A stretch of 63,806 bases of DNA, the filler included, from Lenisia limosa (taxonomy: Eukaryota > Protista > Breviatea): assembly GCA_001655205.1 (NCBI GenBank). It is 10 parts of 10 records of this genome, joined end to end, with 100 filler letters (N's around TTAATTAATTAA, not from the genome) between each part and the next. Parts side by side here need not be neighbours in the genome. Positions count along the whole stretch, not along the records: positions 3,878 to 15,432 come from LPNZ01002391.1; positions 15,533 to 19,182 come from LPNZ01007175.1; positions 19,283 to 22,669 come from LPNZ01002176.1; positions 22,770 to 47,007 come from LPNZ01008648.1; 6 more parts are not named here. One strand, given 5' to 3'. A model generated the notes under the pieces. That model was given only the letters and a program-made list of their open reading frames with translations. It was not told where the DNA came from and made no database searches. Position 1 is the stretch's first letter. Each line of letters starts with the position of its first letter. The translations under genes and the position numbers were made by a program. Positions 11,258 through 22,799 of the stretch are shown here, piece after piece.

Positions 11258-14200
11258 ATGAAGAGCCTGAAGAGAATGTTTAAGAGTCCTACATCCTCTT
11301 CTTCTTACATATTTAGTGGCCGATTTGATGATCGCTATCGACCTTCCACAGGATCAGGTTTGGCCTAAAAGGGAACTAATTATGAATCTTTAATAGTTAT
11401 CAGTTTCTGACGAAAACAGGACAGATCCAAGCGAGCGACTCGTTGAACCCGTTCAATCTCCCCGGCAACCATGCTGAGGTGTTCGTTAACCCTGACACGG
11501 CAAGCTTCGCGGTTTGAGGGTCGTGATTCAGGCTCCATCAATTAAATAACATATTTGGGATTTAAAGGCTTTAAGTTATGAAGGTGGCAGAAAAAGCCCT
11601 CATTTTTGATGGCGTCGTTCGTATTCAGGGCGTCACTTTGTTCACGACCTGAAAAATGTCGATGTATACAGTGACAATGTTAGTATTGAGAATTTTATTA
11701 AGAATTCATACTTTTGTTTCAGAGAATGGGATACATGCTGTTAGTATCTTTCATAATAACGGATGTGACCAATAATCACTTTTTATNNNNNNNNNNNNNN
11801 NNNNNNNNNNNNNNNNNNNNNNNNNNNNNNNNNNNNNNNNNNNNNNNNNNNNNNNNNNNNNNNNNNNNNNNNNNNNNNNNNNNNNNNNNNNNNNNNNNNN
11901 NNNNNNNNNNNNNNNNNNNNNNGTGTTCGCTGAAAAGTGGGCATGGAGGGGGGGCGGAAGTAGGACTTCACTTCGATATGAAAAAGACAAGTAAAGTATC
12001 GATAGTTTTCGATGATTTATCGATAAATTCAGTCTTTTTTCGGATTGAAGTGAAGCCCGAGGAAAAAGCATGATGATTCATTCACAATTAACAATATGGC
12101 GACAATTTGCGCTTGTACAAATAATACTGCATTTTGCTGCGAATATTATTTTTTAGCCCAAGAATTAGAGAGGTGTTGTAATATGATATTGTAATATATA
12201 TGATATATATATACTATGCTTACTCAGAATTTAGGGTGTTAATATCATAGATGTATTGGATTTGTCTATTTGTTTACTCCGTCAAAAATTTTTCACACTG
12301 CAGGGCTCCCGTTACTGAAGAAGAGTAGGGGGCGATTCTATTCCAAGGAAAGTTGTAAGTAGTATATCCCTCTGTCCGAATCCGACATGTGACATATGAG
12401 TATTATGCAATACTTTTTGGGGATTATACAAAAAGTCAGTCACTTTTGGAGGCTTAGTTGTAAGGAACAGAGGGAAGTGATCCAGCATTCTTTATTTTGT
12501 GTAATGAGCTTACATTAAATGAGTACTTGATACCGTTCTCTACACCGCATTATATTATCGTTGTAGAAAGATGCAATATGAGAACTCTTCATGCTGTTCG
12601 CGCCTTGTTGACAAACTAACATCGGCCCACCCTGATATTTCAAACCCCCTTGTTCGGAGACAGGTGAGGATTCTCCTGTTTCGAAAAGACTGATAAAATA
12701 ACTGACATTTTTCATCACATTTGCGAGCTGCTTTTAGTTTTTGTCTTCATACATCCCCCCCCCCCCCCNNNNNNNNNNNNNNNNNNNNNNNNNNNNNNNN
12801 NNNNNNNNNNNNNNNNNNNNNNNNNNNNNNNNNNNNNNNNNNNNNNNNNNNNNNNNNNNNNNNNNNNNNNNNNNNNNNNNNNNNNNNNNNNNNNNNNNNN
12901 NNNNNNNNNNNNNNNNNNNNNNNNNNNNNNNNNNNNNNNNNNNNNNNNNNNNNNNTCCTGAGTTTCTTCTACTACGTCTACTTGCTTCTTCTCTCTTCAA
13001 AATCAAATTCAACCGTGAGGAGGAAGAAATTGAAAAGGATTGTTTTGACAAAAATAAAATATACGGGGAAAATCACATAGCAAATCGGTCAAGGCTTATC
13101 CTGGTCACTGTATATCATATATATCATAGTATGATTATTTAAAAGTTAGAGGACTGACATCTGTTTCACGTAAGAGAACTAACATTCTAGGGTACTTGGA
13201 TTAATGGAGTGTTTGTGACTCTGTGTACCTTCTTTTTCCTTCCCCTTTGCCTCAAGTTTTCAAGGTATGTGTGTGCCCTTTACACTCCTTGGGTGATTAT
13301 TCATTTTAAAACTTCAATTTCGGGCTATAAGATGAGTTAACTCTGGGTATTGGGAATCCCCTCTTTTGTGAATTTCTCCCCTCATATCTTTAGATCTGTG
13401 AAGCATATTCGAGGAGTGGTTGGCTTGGCTTTTCGTTTGTTATGATTTTTTGTATTATTAGCCAGATATCCCTTTATTATTTCATATTTTCAAATTATAT
13501 TATATTACGATATGGAGAGGTTAATATTTTCAGGATACATTATGACTGAGGAAATTTTTAGAATTGGATTTCAATTTGTGAGCGCCAATGGAGTTGTTTT
13601 GTTTTTTTCCCCCATCATTTTCTCTTAGGTTCTTCTCAACTTTGTCTTGTACATGTTTGCCATTGGGCAAGTCGTAACAGCTGCGACTCCCTCACAAGCG
13701 ATCATGTCGGTGTTCCTTCCGATCTCGGTTGTTGTCGTCTCAGGTACGTGATGGAATGTCTCCGTCTGTTAGAGAGAGAGGGGGGGGTGATGGAGCATAG
13801 AAGATACAGTATATTGCAAGAAGAGGGGGGGGGTGATTGTTGACCAATATTCCTTGGGAAATTGTATAGCAATTCGGGTAAGACTTATCCCAGTCACTGT
13901 ATCATATTGATGGAAGAAAGAAGCCAAGAATTGCTTCACTTCCGGTTCTAAATAACGACAAAATCCTTGAATAAACCAATCTTTTACAATTGAATACTAC
14001 AAGAAAGAAAAGACCATACTGGATCATCATGAATTCATGAATTCAGGCCTGACCATCCCGCCCACGCGATGCTTCTTTCTCTTCATCGTCGACCTTGCTC
14101 TTCATCTCTCAGCTGCGTCAACGGTGAGTCATTCCTGGAGCTTTTCCCTTCTCTCGCTGCATTCCTTAGTTGTTTTTGGGAAGTGCACTGGGTGTTGCAA

Positions 14201-15411
14201 TTAGGGGCTCACTTTGGTACAAAAAATACAGGTAAAATATTGATAAATTTCGAGGTTTTACGGAGATATTCCGTCCTTTTTCGGATTGAATTGAATCCGA
14301 AGTTGCAATAGAAGTGAGACGTTACTGCGATCTGGAAAAGACCGGAAGAATATCGAGCCATTCAGTCTTTTCCCCCAACGCAACATTCTGTCGCTGACAT
14401 TTCAGACATCGCACTTCCGCGAGCTTGCTGTTGCCATCATGGTGCTTGGAACTCTTATGATAAGTAGGAACATGGATTATTGTAAAACTGACCCCCCCCC
14501 TTTTTAAAAATTTTGTTTGGATTGCTTAACGGTTGATTTTTGCATCAATCAACCCAGGGGGTCTAAGTTATTCCCCTGCACAGTATCTGTTTACACTGTT
14601 GACACTGACTGTGATGTGGCTTGACCACCAATCTATCCACCAAAGCGTACCCCCCCTCTTTTTCCCCTTTGCAGTGGTTTATTTCTTGTTTTCCCCTACT
14701 TTTCTTTCAATAGCACGAAAAAGACTGTTGTATCCTGTCCAAAAAAGGAAAACTAATTTTGTAGTGATGTTGATTGTGAGCCAAGTGACACAAGCAGATA
14801 TGAAGGATATGTCTAAGGCACAGAAGGGTTGGCTGGGGGTTTTAAAAGCGCTGAGGTAAAATGTGATAAACTACGTATGATATGATATATGAACGGAGGG
14901 ATAAGGTATCAATTGAATGGAATCACCCCCACCCTCACCTTCGGGGCTAACACCTGTCGTCTATTGTAGAATTAGAGGTATACGTACATGTGAAAGCTAG
15001 AGTATCTTGAATACCCAATAAATACCAAGTTCAACCTGATGGTTTCAGAGCTGCAATCCAAGAATGCAGCTTTCCTCGACCTCCTCCACAACATGCTTCC
15101 TCCAACAATCGTAGATCGACTCATTATGGGTGATGGTATGCTAATATGGCTGGTGATGGGGATGATATGCTAATATGGCTGGGTGATGGGGAAAATAATG
15201 GGTTTCTATTCAAAAAAAAAAAAAGTGAAGTTTTCTTCGTCTTGTCGGACTGAAGTGAAAATAATCGTTGTGTTTTCAACCTTTTTCTAACACACGAGTC
15301 CAGTATTTTGGAATCGTAAGGATGAAGCTTTGTTTTGAGTACCTTTGTGCGAATGTGACTATACAGGTGCGGTCATCAGTGAAAAGCTGGACAATGTGAC
15401 TCTTGGAATGA
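11258..15411 (+). CDS. Membrane-bound class III adenylate/guanylate cyclase, 5' part (cut at spacer)
   Basis: Several hydrophobic exons (e.g. LLNFVLYMFAIGQVVTAATPSQAIMSVFLPISVVVV) are followed by ELQSKNAAFLDLLHNMLPPTIVDRLIMG/AVISEKLDNVTLG, the typical helix leading into the cyclase domain. The catalytic core is not visible and the start codon is tentative. Confidence 0.7.
11963..12058. mobile_element. MITE family F (~90 bp, TIR GGCTTCACTTCG/CGAAGTGAAGCC)
   Basis: Further copies at 16653-16750 (perfect 14-bp TIR), 48691-48784 (perfect 16-bp TIR), 52117-52211 and 54772-54849. Partial copies at ~4590-4642 and 63170-63229. Confidence 0.85.
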
Positions 15412-15532
15412 GTAGGCCATCCTTATCCCCCCNNNNNNNNNNNNNNNNNNNNNNNNNNNNNNNNNNNNNNNNNNNNTTAATTAATTAANNNNNNNNNNNN
15501 NNNNNNNNNNNNNNNNNNNNNNNNNNNNNNNN

Positions 15533-15628
15533 TTGTTTTATCATTAACCTCTCGTGTGTTGTAGCCAACATAGTTGATTTTGGGCTTTTTTGTTTCATAA
15601 ATTTTCCAATTTCACCCACTCCCCCCAG
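15533..15628 (+). repeat. Repeat family A ending in poly-C-AG and forming an intron 3' splice site
   Basis: ...ccaacatagttgattttgggctttttgtttcataaattttccaatttcacccactccccccag|exon. Related copies near 1560-1618, 16276-16309, 16480-16575, 17293-17329, 18283-18400, 19307-19365, 36554-36594, 47556-47700, 50574-50635, 52690-52750, 56820-56875, 60199-60241 and 62124-62193. Confidence 0.9.
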
Positions 15629-17071
15629 TTTGCCGCGCTCTCCGCGGACCCCTGGGCTCCCGAGGATAACGGGGATGACGATGACGGTGGCAGTCCTGAC
15701 GATAGTCTTGGCCTTGTGAACGCTCTAGAGGAGGCCACGTCTCAGGCACCGTGGAGTAATCTGGACTGGTGGGAGGACTCATCTAAAAAGGGAGGGGCAG
15801 CTTCTGTAGTTCAAGTGGTAAAAGTGGTATCTTGATGAAAAAAATTTTAAATATAAAAGGTTTTTGGAAATACATATCATTTAAAACATACAAAACTTGT
15901 TATCATATATTATATGTATCGCCGTCCAAACCATCACGCTTATAATATGATATTAATTCACCCAATCATTTGCCTTACAACTCTGTGCACAGCTTTCTGC
16001 GTGCCTCACTGACAACTGTTCTCATACCATTTACAAAACTAATTATTCAGGACGGACACCAAGGCCTCGGGAGACTTCGAGCTATCTTATGAGGATCTTT
16101 GTACGGGGGGGATGCGAAACAAAAAGTCAAGAAAGAACAAGTGAAGTGTTGAGGGCCTTTTTTTTTGTTTGTTTGTTTGTTTGTTTCTCTCTCTTTCTTT
16201 TTTGTTTTTNNNNNNNNNNNNNNNNNNNNNNNNNNNNNNNNNNNNNNNNNNNNNNNNNNNNNNNNNNNNNNNNNNTACATAAATTTTCTAATTTTACCCC
16301 CCCCCCCAGGCCGCAGACATGTTGAGCGCTACTTGGCTTCTGCTGAGAAGGAGGTGGAGAGGACTGAACTCGGTAAACGCGTCATGGCCTGGCAGTCCAG
16401 GATTGAGCCCATTCTTCAAGCCTCTGTAAGCCTGAGATCTAATGAGCGTTATTTAGCCTCTTAACCCCCCTCCCTATTTGTTTGCTTTGCTTTCAACCCT
16501 TTTGCGTGTTCATCCAACAGAGTTTGTATGCTTTTTTTTGCTTTGTTTCATAAAAGTTCCATTATTACTCCTCCACCCTTGCTTCTGTGGGGGTTGATAT
16601 TCTTTGTTCAATTTCCTCACTAATGCAGTTTTTTTTTCTTTTCTTTGTTTTGCCAGGGCTTCACTTCAGTTCGAAAATGATTCTCGATTAATCCTCGAAA
16701 ACTATCGATATGTTCCTGGGGTTTTTTTAAAAACCGAAGTGAAGCCCTGGATACAGCCCCTAATTCTTTTTTTTTACTTTTCTCACGCAATTCAGAGCGC
16801 CCAACCCACCTTCAACATCCACACCACTGCCACAACCGTGCTCAACAAGTTCTCTGACGATGATAAACAGGAAGATGCTTACGTAAGCGTTTTGTTATGG
16901 GATAAGCAGTCTTTGTTTTTTTTTTTGTTTAACCAACGGAGTTGATCTTTTAAAATATATTATTGCTGTTGCATAGTTTTCATCCCCCCTCCCCAGAAAT
17001 CCTTTGACGATATCCGGTTTGGACATAGCTCTGCAGAAGCTTGCCGAATGTTCCTTGCCACTCTCTCCCTC
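15629..17071 (+). CDS. NCAPH2: Condensin II kleisin subunit CAP-H2, C-terminal part
   Basis: Spliced SYEDLCRRHVERYLASAEKEVERTELGKRVMAWQSRIEPILQAS / QPTFNIHTTATTVLNKFS / KSFDDIRFGHSSAEACRMFLATLSL matches the CNDH2_C motifs (YEEL.RR.VE, W...I.P.L, FDIH, CR.FLA.L.L). Confidence 0.85.
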
Positions 17072-17102
17072 GTGAGCTAGCTTTGAGGGGGAATAAAGCA
17101 TA

Positions 17103-17179
17103 CAGTGACCGGGATTAGTCTGGACATATTTTCCATGGGAAATCATAGAGCAAAGCAGTCAAGACTATCCCAGTCACTG
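17103..17179. mobile_element. MITE family D, Tc1/mariner-like (TA-flanked, TIR starting CAGTGAC)
   Basis: TA|CAGTGACCGGGAT...ATCCCAGTCACTG|TA. Other copies at ~13060-13112, 13850-13902, 29155-29220, 61621-61695 (perfect 21-bp inverted repeat) and 61888-61960. Confidence 0.85.
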
Positions 17180-17509
17180 TAATATATGATTTAGTATACA
17201 TAGGATTTTTTTTTTTTGGAATTTCAGATTATTCAATTTGTGAAAAGTACCTCAATGCCAATATTCTTCTTTGAAATTGCCTCTGTTTTGCCCGAGTGAT
17301 GGATGCGGTGCTGCAGAAGCGACTGGACTNNNNNNNNNNNNNNNNNNNNNNNNNNNNNNNNNNNNNNNNNNNNNNNNNNNNNNNNNNNNNNNNNNNNNNN
17401 NNNNNNNNNNNNNNNNNNNNNNNNNNNNNNNNNNNNNNNNNNNNNNNNNNNNNNNNNNNNNNNNNNNNNNNNNNNNNNNNNNNNNNNNNNNNNNNNNNNN
17501 NNNNNNNAG

Positions 17510-17963
17510 TACCTCAAGAGCTCCCTTCATAAGGACATGGTTCTCGATACTAAGACCGACGAGGAGATCAAGGAGATCAAGGTGGGGTGAAGGGATCAAG
17601 GAGACATAAAAATATTAGGGCTACTTAAGATGGAAACATATGCGGAGTAATTAAAATGAAAAATACATGGCTAAAAAAATGGAAAATATGTGATGTGTAG
17701 TATTTCTGGAATGAGATCAAGTGGTGATGGAAATATTAATATAGTATATCATATTTTATTTTAATATATATTAATTTAACAGCCACTGACCTTCTCCCCA
17801 GATGAAGGAAAAGAAGGAGCAGGAAAAAACAAAACGAACAAAAGATTTTTATATTGTTTAACTAGTGAATTAATGTCCATATTGCATGTATTCTGTTCTC
17901 ACACACCAGATGAAGGAAAAGAAGGAGCAGAAGAAGAACGAGCAAAAGAAGGCAAAGAAGTAG
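17510..17963 (+). CDS. Lys/Glu-rich terminal exons, either the CAP-H2 tail or a separate gene
   Basis: YLKSSLHKDMVLDTKTDEEIKEIK|GT...AG|MKEKKEQKKNEQKKAKK*. An N-run hides the link to CAP-H2. Confidence 0.5.
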
Positions 17964-18135
17964 CTACTCTTGGTAAAGGTCTGTTATTATTTATGTTCCC
18001 ATTCTCCTTGCCAGTTTCATATGTTACCCCCGAACGAAAGATCCCATTTTGAATAATCCTATGTAATACATGTAAGAGTAAGTGGGGAAACAGACAAGAA
18101 AAAACCAATAAAATACACAAACTAAACCAACTACA

Positions 18136-18852
18136 TCAGAGGCTTTGCTGAAAGGCCCTCCGTTCGTCCGCAATAGCAATGAGTCGTGAGACACCCCGAT
18201 TAAAGTCCTCGTCATTTACCCCCTGAAACTCCTGCTCCAGAACCTATACCGTGAAAACTGCTCCAAAGATCAACGTAAAATTGGAAAACTTATAAAATAA
18301 AAAAAGCCCAAAATCAACTCTGTTGGCTGAAATCACACAAGGGTTGATAACCACAAAACAAACAACGCCCAGGTCAGTCGCTTCTGCAGCACAGAATCCA
18401 AGGAAATAACACAAATAGACAAATCTCCAAAAAAAAAAACGTCAACATCTAATGTCAGTTTTTTTTGCAGTAAAGTCTCTATTGAAACTAGGATCATAGA
18501 GATCTGGCTGTTGACTAATGTCAGAACTGTCCAACTACACAACAAACTACCAACATATTAATGCAATCCCCCCTCCCCCCCACATGCACAAAAGATACCA
18601 TGCCGATGCCGTCGTCGGACCATCGTGCGTCCTGCAGAGGGTCAGGCAGAAGTCACTATACATACTAATATACATAGTATACTATATCGATGAGCATAAA
18701 AAAATCATATTACTATATCATCTAGTATATCACACATAGCACGCCCACATTCAAGGATGCCAACACATCAGTCCATTGGACTTGGGGGGAGCACTCAGCA
18801 AAGGCTCGTAGTATGCCTTCAGCGTCTCCCCGACAAAGCACTCCGAAACTCC
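18136..18852 (-). CDS. C-terminal exons of a hypothetical protein
   Basis: In-frame splice gives SFGVLCRGDAEGILRAFAECSPQVQWTD/DARWSDDGIGM/VLEQEFQGVNDEDFNRGVSRLIAIADERRAFQQSL*. Confidence 0.6.
18459..18514 (-). mobile_element. Family C: ~55-nt stem-loop plus A-tail element with a 10-bp target-site duplication
   Basis: Minus strand reads CTGACATTAG|tcaacagccagatctctatgatcctagtttcaatagagactttactgcaaaaaaa|CTGACATTAG. Other copies near 23320-23375, 48135-48185, 51340-51392 and 56110-56162. Confidence 0.8.
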
Positions 18853-19124
18853 CTGGACGTTACAATTGCATAGAGTAAGGTATGTCTCTGCGCAAAAATG
18901 GTATCGTAAACACTGTGACGCTACTCTCTCCTCTCAACAGAAAATCTAACAGTTTAAGAAATTGGTGCAAGTATTTCATATAATACATATAATTATTACT
19001 CCCATAATCTCCCCAACGCACAAGCCAATAAGAGACGTCCCCTATCTATATTGCCCAAAATCTTAATATGTTTATCTTTTCAGGTGAGAGGAGAGGAGAG
19101 AGCAGTGTTTTCCCCCTACTAGAG

Positions 19125-19182
19125 CCAATAAAAAAAGTTGCCCAAAGCCAATAAAAAAAGTTGCCCAGAGCCAATAAAAAAA
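19125..19182. repeat. Short tandem repeat, unit about 23 bp (agagccaataaaaaaagttgccc)
   Basis: About 2.5 copies ending at the spacer. Confidence 0.8.
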
Positions 19183-20039
19183 NNNNNNNNNNNNNNNNNN
19201 NNNNNNNNNNNNNNNNNNNNNNNNNNTTAATTAATTAANNNNNNNNNNNNNNNNNNNNNNNNNNNNNNNNNNNNNNNNNNNNAAACAAAAAGACTGTCGT
19301 TTCACTTCGGGGGGGGAGGGGTAAAATTGTAAAATTTATGAAACAAAAAGACAAACAACTCTGTTTCTCCTCAAGGATTTCGTGGAGGGAGCTAGTTACA
19401 TATCTGTTATCTCTTACTGCTGAATGCTGGATTCTTAGACGCTTATTAAGCTTCCTTATCAAAGAATATCCGTTTTCAAGAAGTTTTGGGGTGACCAGTT
19501 TCTTCCTGATCTGTTGAAGGTGTGCTTCCTCTCAAAGTCCCTTCTTTTTAACCTTGTGGAAATCGTTTTAGAAGAGAGTGTAAGAGGATGCATTTTTTTC
19601 TATTGTCTTCTTTTTGGTTGGTTGAAATCCCCTGCTCTCAGCCTTAGCATTCAGAGAGTTTCTGATGATCGACTAGAGCTTTTCAAGGATCTTGTCAAAA
19701 GTTGCTGGGTTCCTCCTTTACTTTTCTCTTCTTCATTGTTCTCTGCAGTGCTTAACAGCACTTCAAACAAAATATAAGCAATTCATCATGATTTCAGGAG
19801 TACAGTTGCTCTCAACTTCCTCCTCTACTGATCGATCACGCTGAAGACCTGTCCTTTGGGGAGAATCATGAATGGGGTTTTAGAAAGTGAATTTTTTTTT
19901 GAGAAATTGGGGTTGATGAACATTTATTTTTGCCATATTTGCAGCCAAAAGGCTACCATTTTCTTCTCTCTGTCTGAACAACGCACAATATGACGTTCTC
20001 TAAAACAAGTGGGGAACCAAAATATGTCATAGGTTGGTG

Positions 20040-20929
20040 GTTAAAACCGCGAACATGATTAAAACCGCGAAGAAGCCAAAAATCGACATAAATCGCTTCA
20101 ACAACATCCTTTTTAGTCATTCGGCAGTTTTGAGTACTAGACTATCAATAACATAACAAAGAAATTATGAGCAAAAAGAAGAAAAAAAAGAGGAGATAGC
20201 AAAATCGAAAAAAAAATATCTTTTTGATCAGAATCGACCCGGCCGGGGTCACCCAGTTTCCTTTACGCGAAAATATTATTTGAAACCCCCCTCTTTCAGA
20301 ATAATAGCAATTTGAGCCTATTAAAGTGCCCCACTATAGAAACGCAGANNNNNNNNNNNNNNNNNNNNNNNNNNNNNNNNNNNNNNNNNNNNNNNNNNNN
20401 NNNNNNNNNNNNNNNNNNNNNNNNNNNNNNNNNNNNNNNNNNNNNNNNNNNNNNNNNNNNNNNNNNNNNNNNNNNNNNNNNNNNNNNNNNNNNNNNNNNN
20501 NNNNNNNNNNNNNNNNNNNNNNNNNNNNNNNNNNNNNNNNNNNNNNNNNNNNNNNNNNNNNNNNNNNNNNNNNNNNNNNNNNNNNNNNNNNNNNNNNNNN
20601 NNNNNNNNNNNNNNNNNNNNNNNNNNNNNNNNNNNNNNNNNNNNNNNNNNNNNNNNNNNNTGTCTTCACTTTCGCAGGGACAATTCTAGGCCCATAATCA
20701 GTGTTTTAAATGTATTTCGCATAAAAAATTGAAGTACCATGAAGGTGGTATTTTGCATGTATGTTGATACCCCTGCCTATTCTTCTGAACAAAACCCTGT
20801 ATAAAGGAGTGTTTCGGGCGATAATTTGAAAAAAATGCGAAGAGGCGTAAATAAGGAGCGTATTGACTCAAAATTTGAAAGAAAAGCCTCCTTTTTGTTC
20901 GCGGTTTTAATCATGTTCGCGGTTTTAAC
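20040..20929. mobile_element. ~890-bp non-coding element bounded by 32-bp inverted repeats
   Basis: GTTAAAACCGCGAACATGATTAAAACCGCGAA at 20040 and its exact reverse complement ending at 20929. Confidence 0.65.
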
Positions 20930-22799
20930 TAGTATGATATATATATCCTATTTCCGCGGGTAAAAAAATATGTTAAATGTCAAATTTATTCTTCATATTT
21001 ATCATATTATATGACATTCCGAGGACGTGTCACCCCATATCCCCAACTTCATACCCCCTTTATCCCCTTTGTCCCGTAAATGATGTTTTATGTTTCTAAT
21101 AGTTCGTTAGAGCGACAAAATATGATTTTCGCGAAAAAAAAAGAGACGCCAAAACGAAAATATGACTCTCATTTTCCCGAGGGTATATGATAGCTCATAT
21201 CACCGAGGAAACAACATATACCCTGACGGAAAATGGGAAATGTCATTTTTAAGGGAAATGGCCAAAAATCGCCATATCAAAATCAAGTGAAGCAGAGCCA
21301 AAAGATGTTCAATATGGTGTTTCGGTTTCCCCAGCTAAATTGAACTCGTTGAATATATTATACTCTAAAAACAATTTTGAACCTCCTCAAATGGTCAGAG
21401 AGAAATGAAAATGATGAGACAACCAACCACCTTGGATTCATATGATATGTATATATGTCTTCAGTAAAACGATATGTTGGTGGGCGTTGAGGGTTGGTAA
21501 ACAAGCAAATGGGGAGGGGGTAGGGGTGCGACTGTGCACAAAAAATGATTCACAATAGCTTAGAACAAATACATATGATAAATACCTGAATCGGCCTTTT
21601 TTCTTTTTGTTTCACAGCCAATGTTTTGACTTCACATGAAGAAGCTCCTACAATTAATAACAAGTCTGGAAAATCATTAAAAAAAAGATCACATTTGATA
21701 TTTGGAATACCAATCATTATTGTCAAAAACAATGACTCACAACTTTTTCCGTTTATCCAATTTTGTCAAATACACTGTTGGAAATCTCAGTCGTAATGTT
21801 TGCCATTGGCATCCATCATAACCAACTGGAATCCTTACAAGTATTGAAATCACTTTGTATATAAAAAAAAAGAGATATCTTTTATCATTTTGTTGCAATA
21901 GACCCCAAGTTTGTGTCAAATAATGTAAAAAATATCGAACTGACGTCCAGTTTATGGAGTTCAGCTATGGATGGGTACCTCAAGTGAAAAGGATTTTATT
22001 TTCAGATTTTTTTCGAACATTTCTAGAAGCTTTTGGACGCTCAATTTTTGAAAAATAAGTTGTAAAATTGGATTTTGTAACTTTTATTTTTTGAAAAAAT
22101 GGCCTCAAAAAATCCAAAAATAAGGACTCTTATGAGGGGGAACCCATCAAAAAGTCCAATAGCTTCAAGAACATTCGAAAAAAAAACTGTATTTTCCTTA
22201 TACTTGAGGTACCCATTCCCTGTGGCTCGGTGATTTCTTATGATTTGATAGATTCGCGGGTTTGTTTTGACAACATGACATAGGGTGAAAGTTCTTATTT
22301 CGCAGGCCAAAGTATGAATATTTGTTATCAAAGCTTCGATCAGTCTTTCAAAGGTTTGCTTCAGAGTTGGTTGTTCTCTTTTGATTTTTTAGAGCGCTAA
22401 CTCCTTCAATAAGCTAAGAAAAAAAGTAGTTACAGTTGCTGGATACATTAATACATTAGGTGGCACAAAGGGAATCGCGGAAGATGAGGTGAGTTATCTG
22501 TAAAATTGGGGTTTCACTTAAATACAAGTGAACACTTGAACTTTGAAATAGTCACTCTAATTCTTCATAGAATCCTGATAGAATCAGGTAGAATTATGAT
22601 GGAATATATGTAATCAGTCACCATTTTTTGGATAGTTCGTTTGTGTTGTGGGTGTCATTTTCTCCCCCCNNNNNNNNNNNNNNNNNNNNNNNNNNNNNNN
22701 NNNNNNNNNNNNNTTAATTAATTAANNNNNNNNNNNNNNNNNNNNNNNNNNNNNNNNNNNNNNNNNNNNGGTACCATTGTTGAAAAGAATGCGTAATAA

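Noticed and set aside
19283-19900. Protein-coding gene or transposase remnant on the minus strand
   Set aside because: The frames are broken by stops that plausible introns do not remove, and no catalytic motif is visible.
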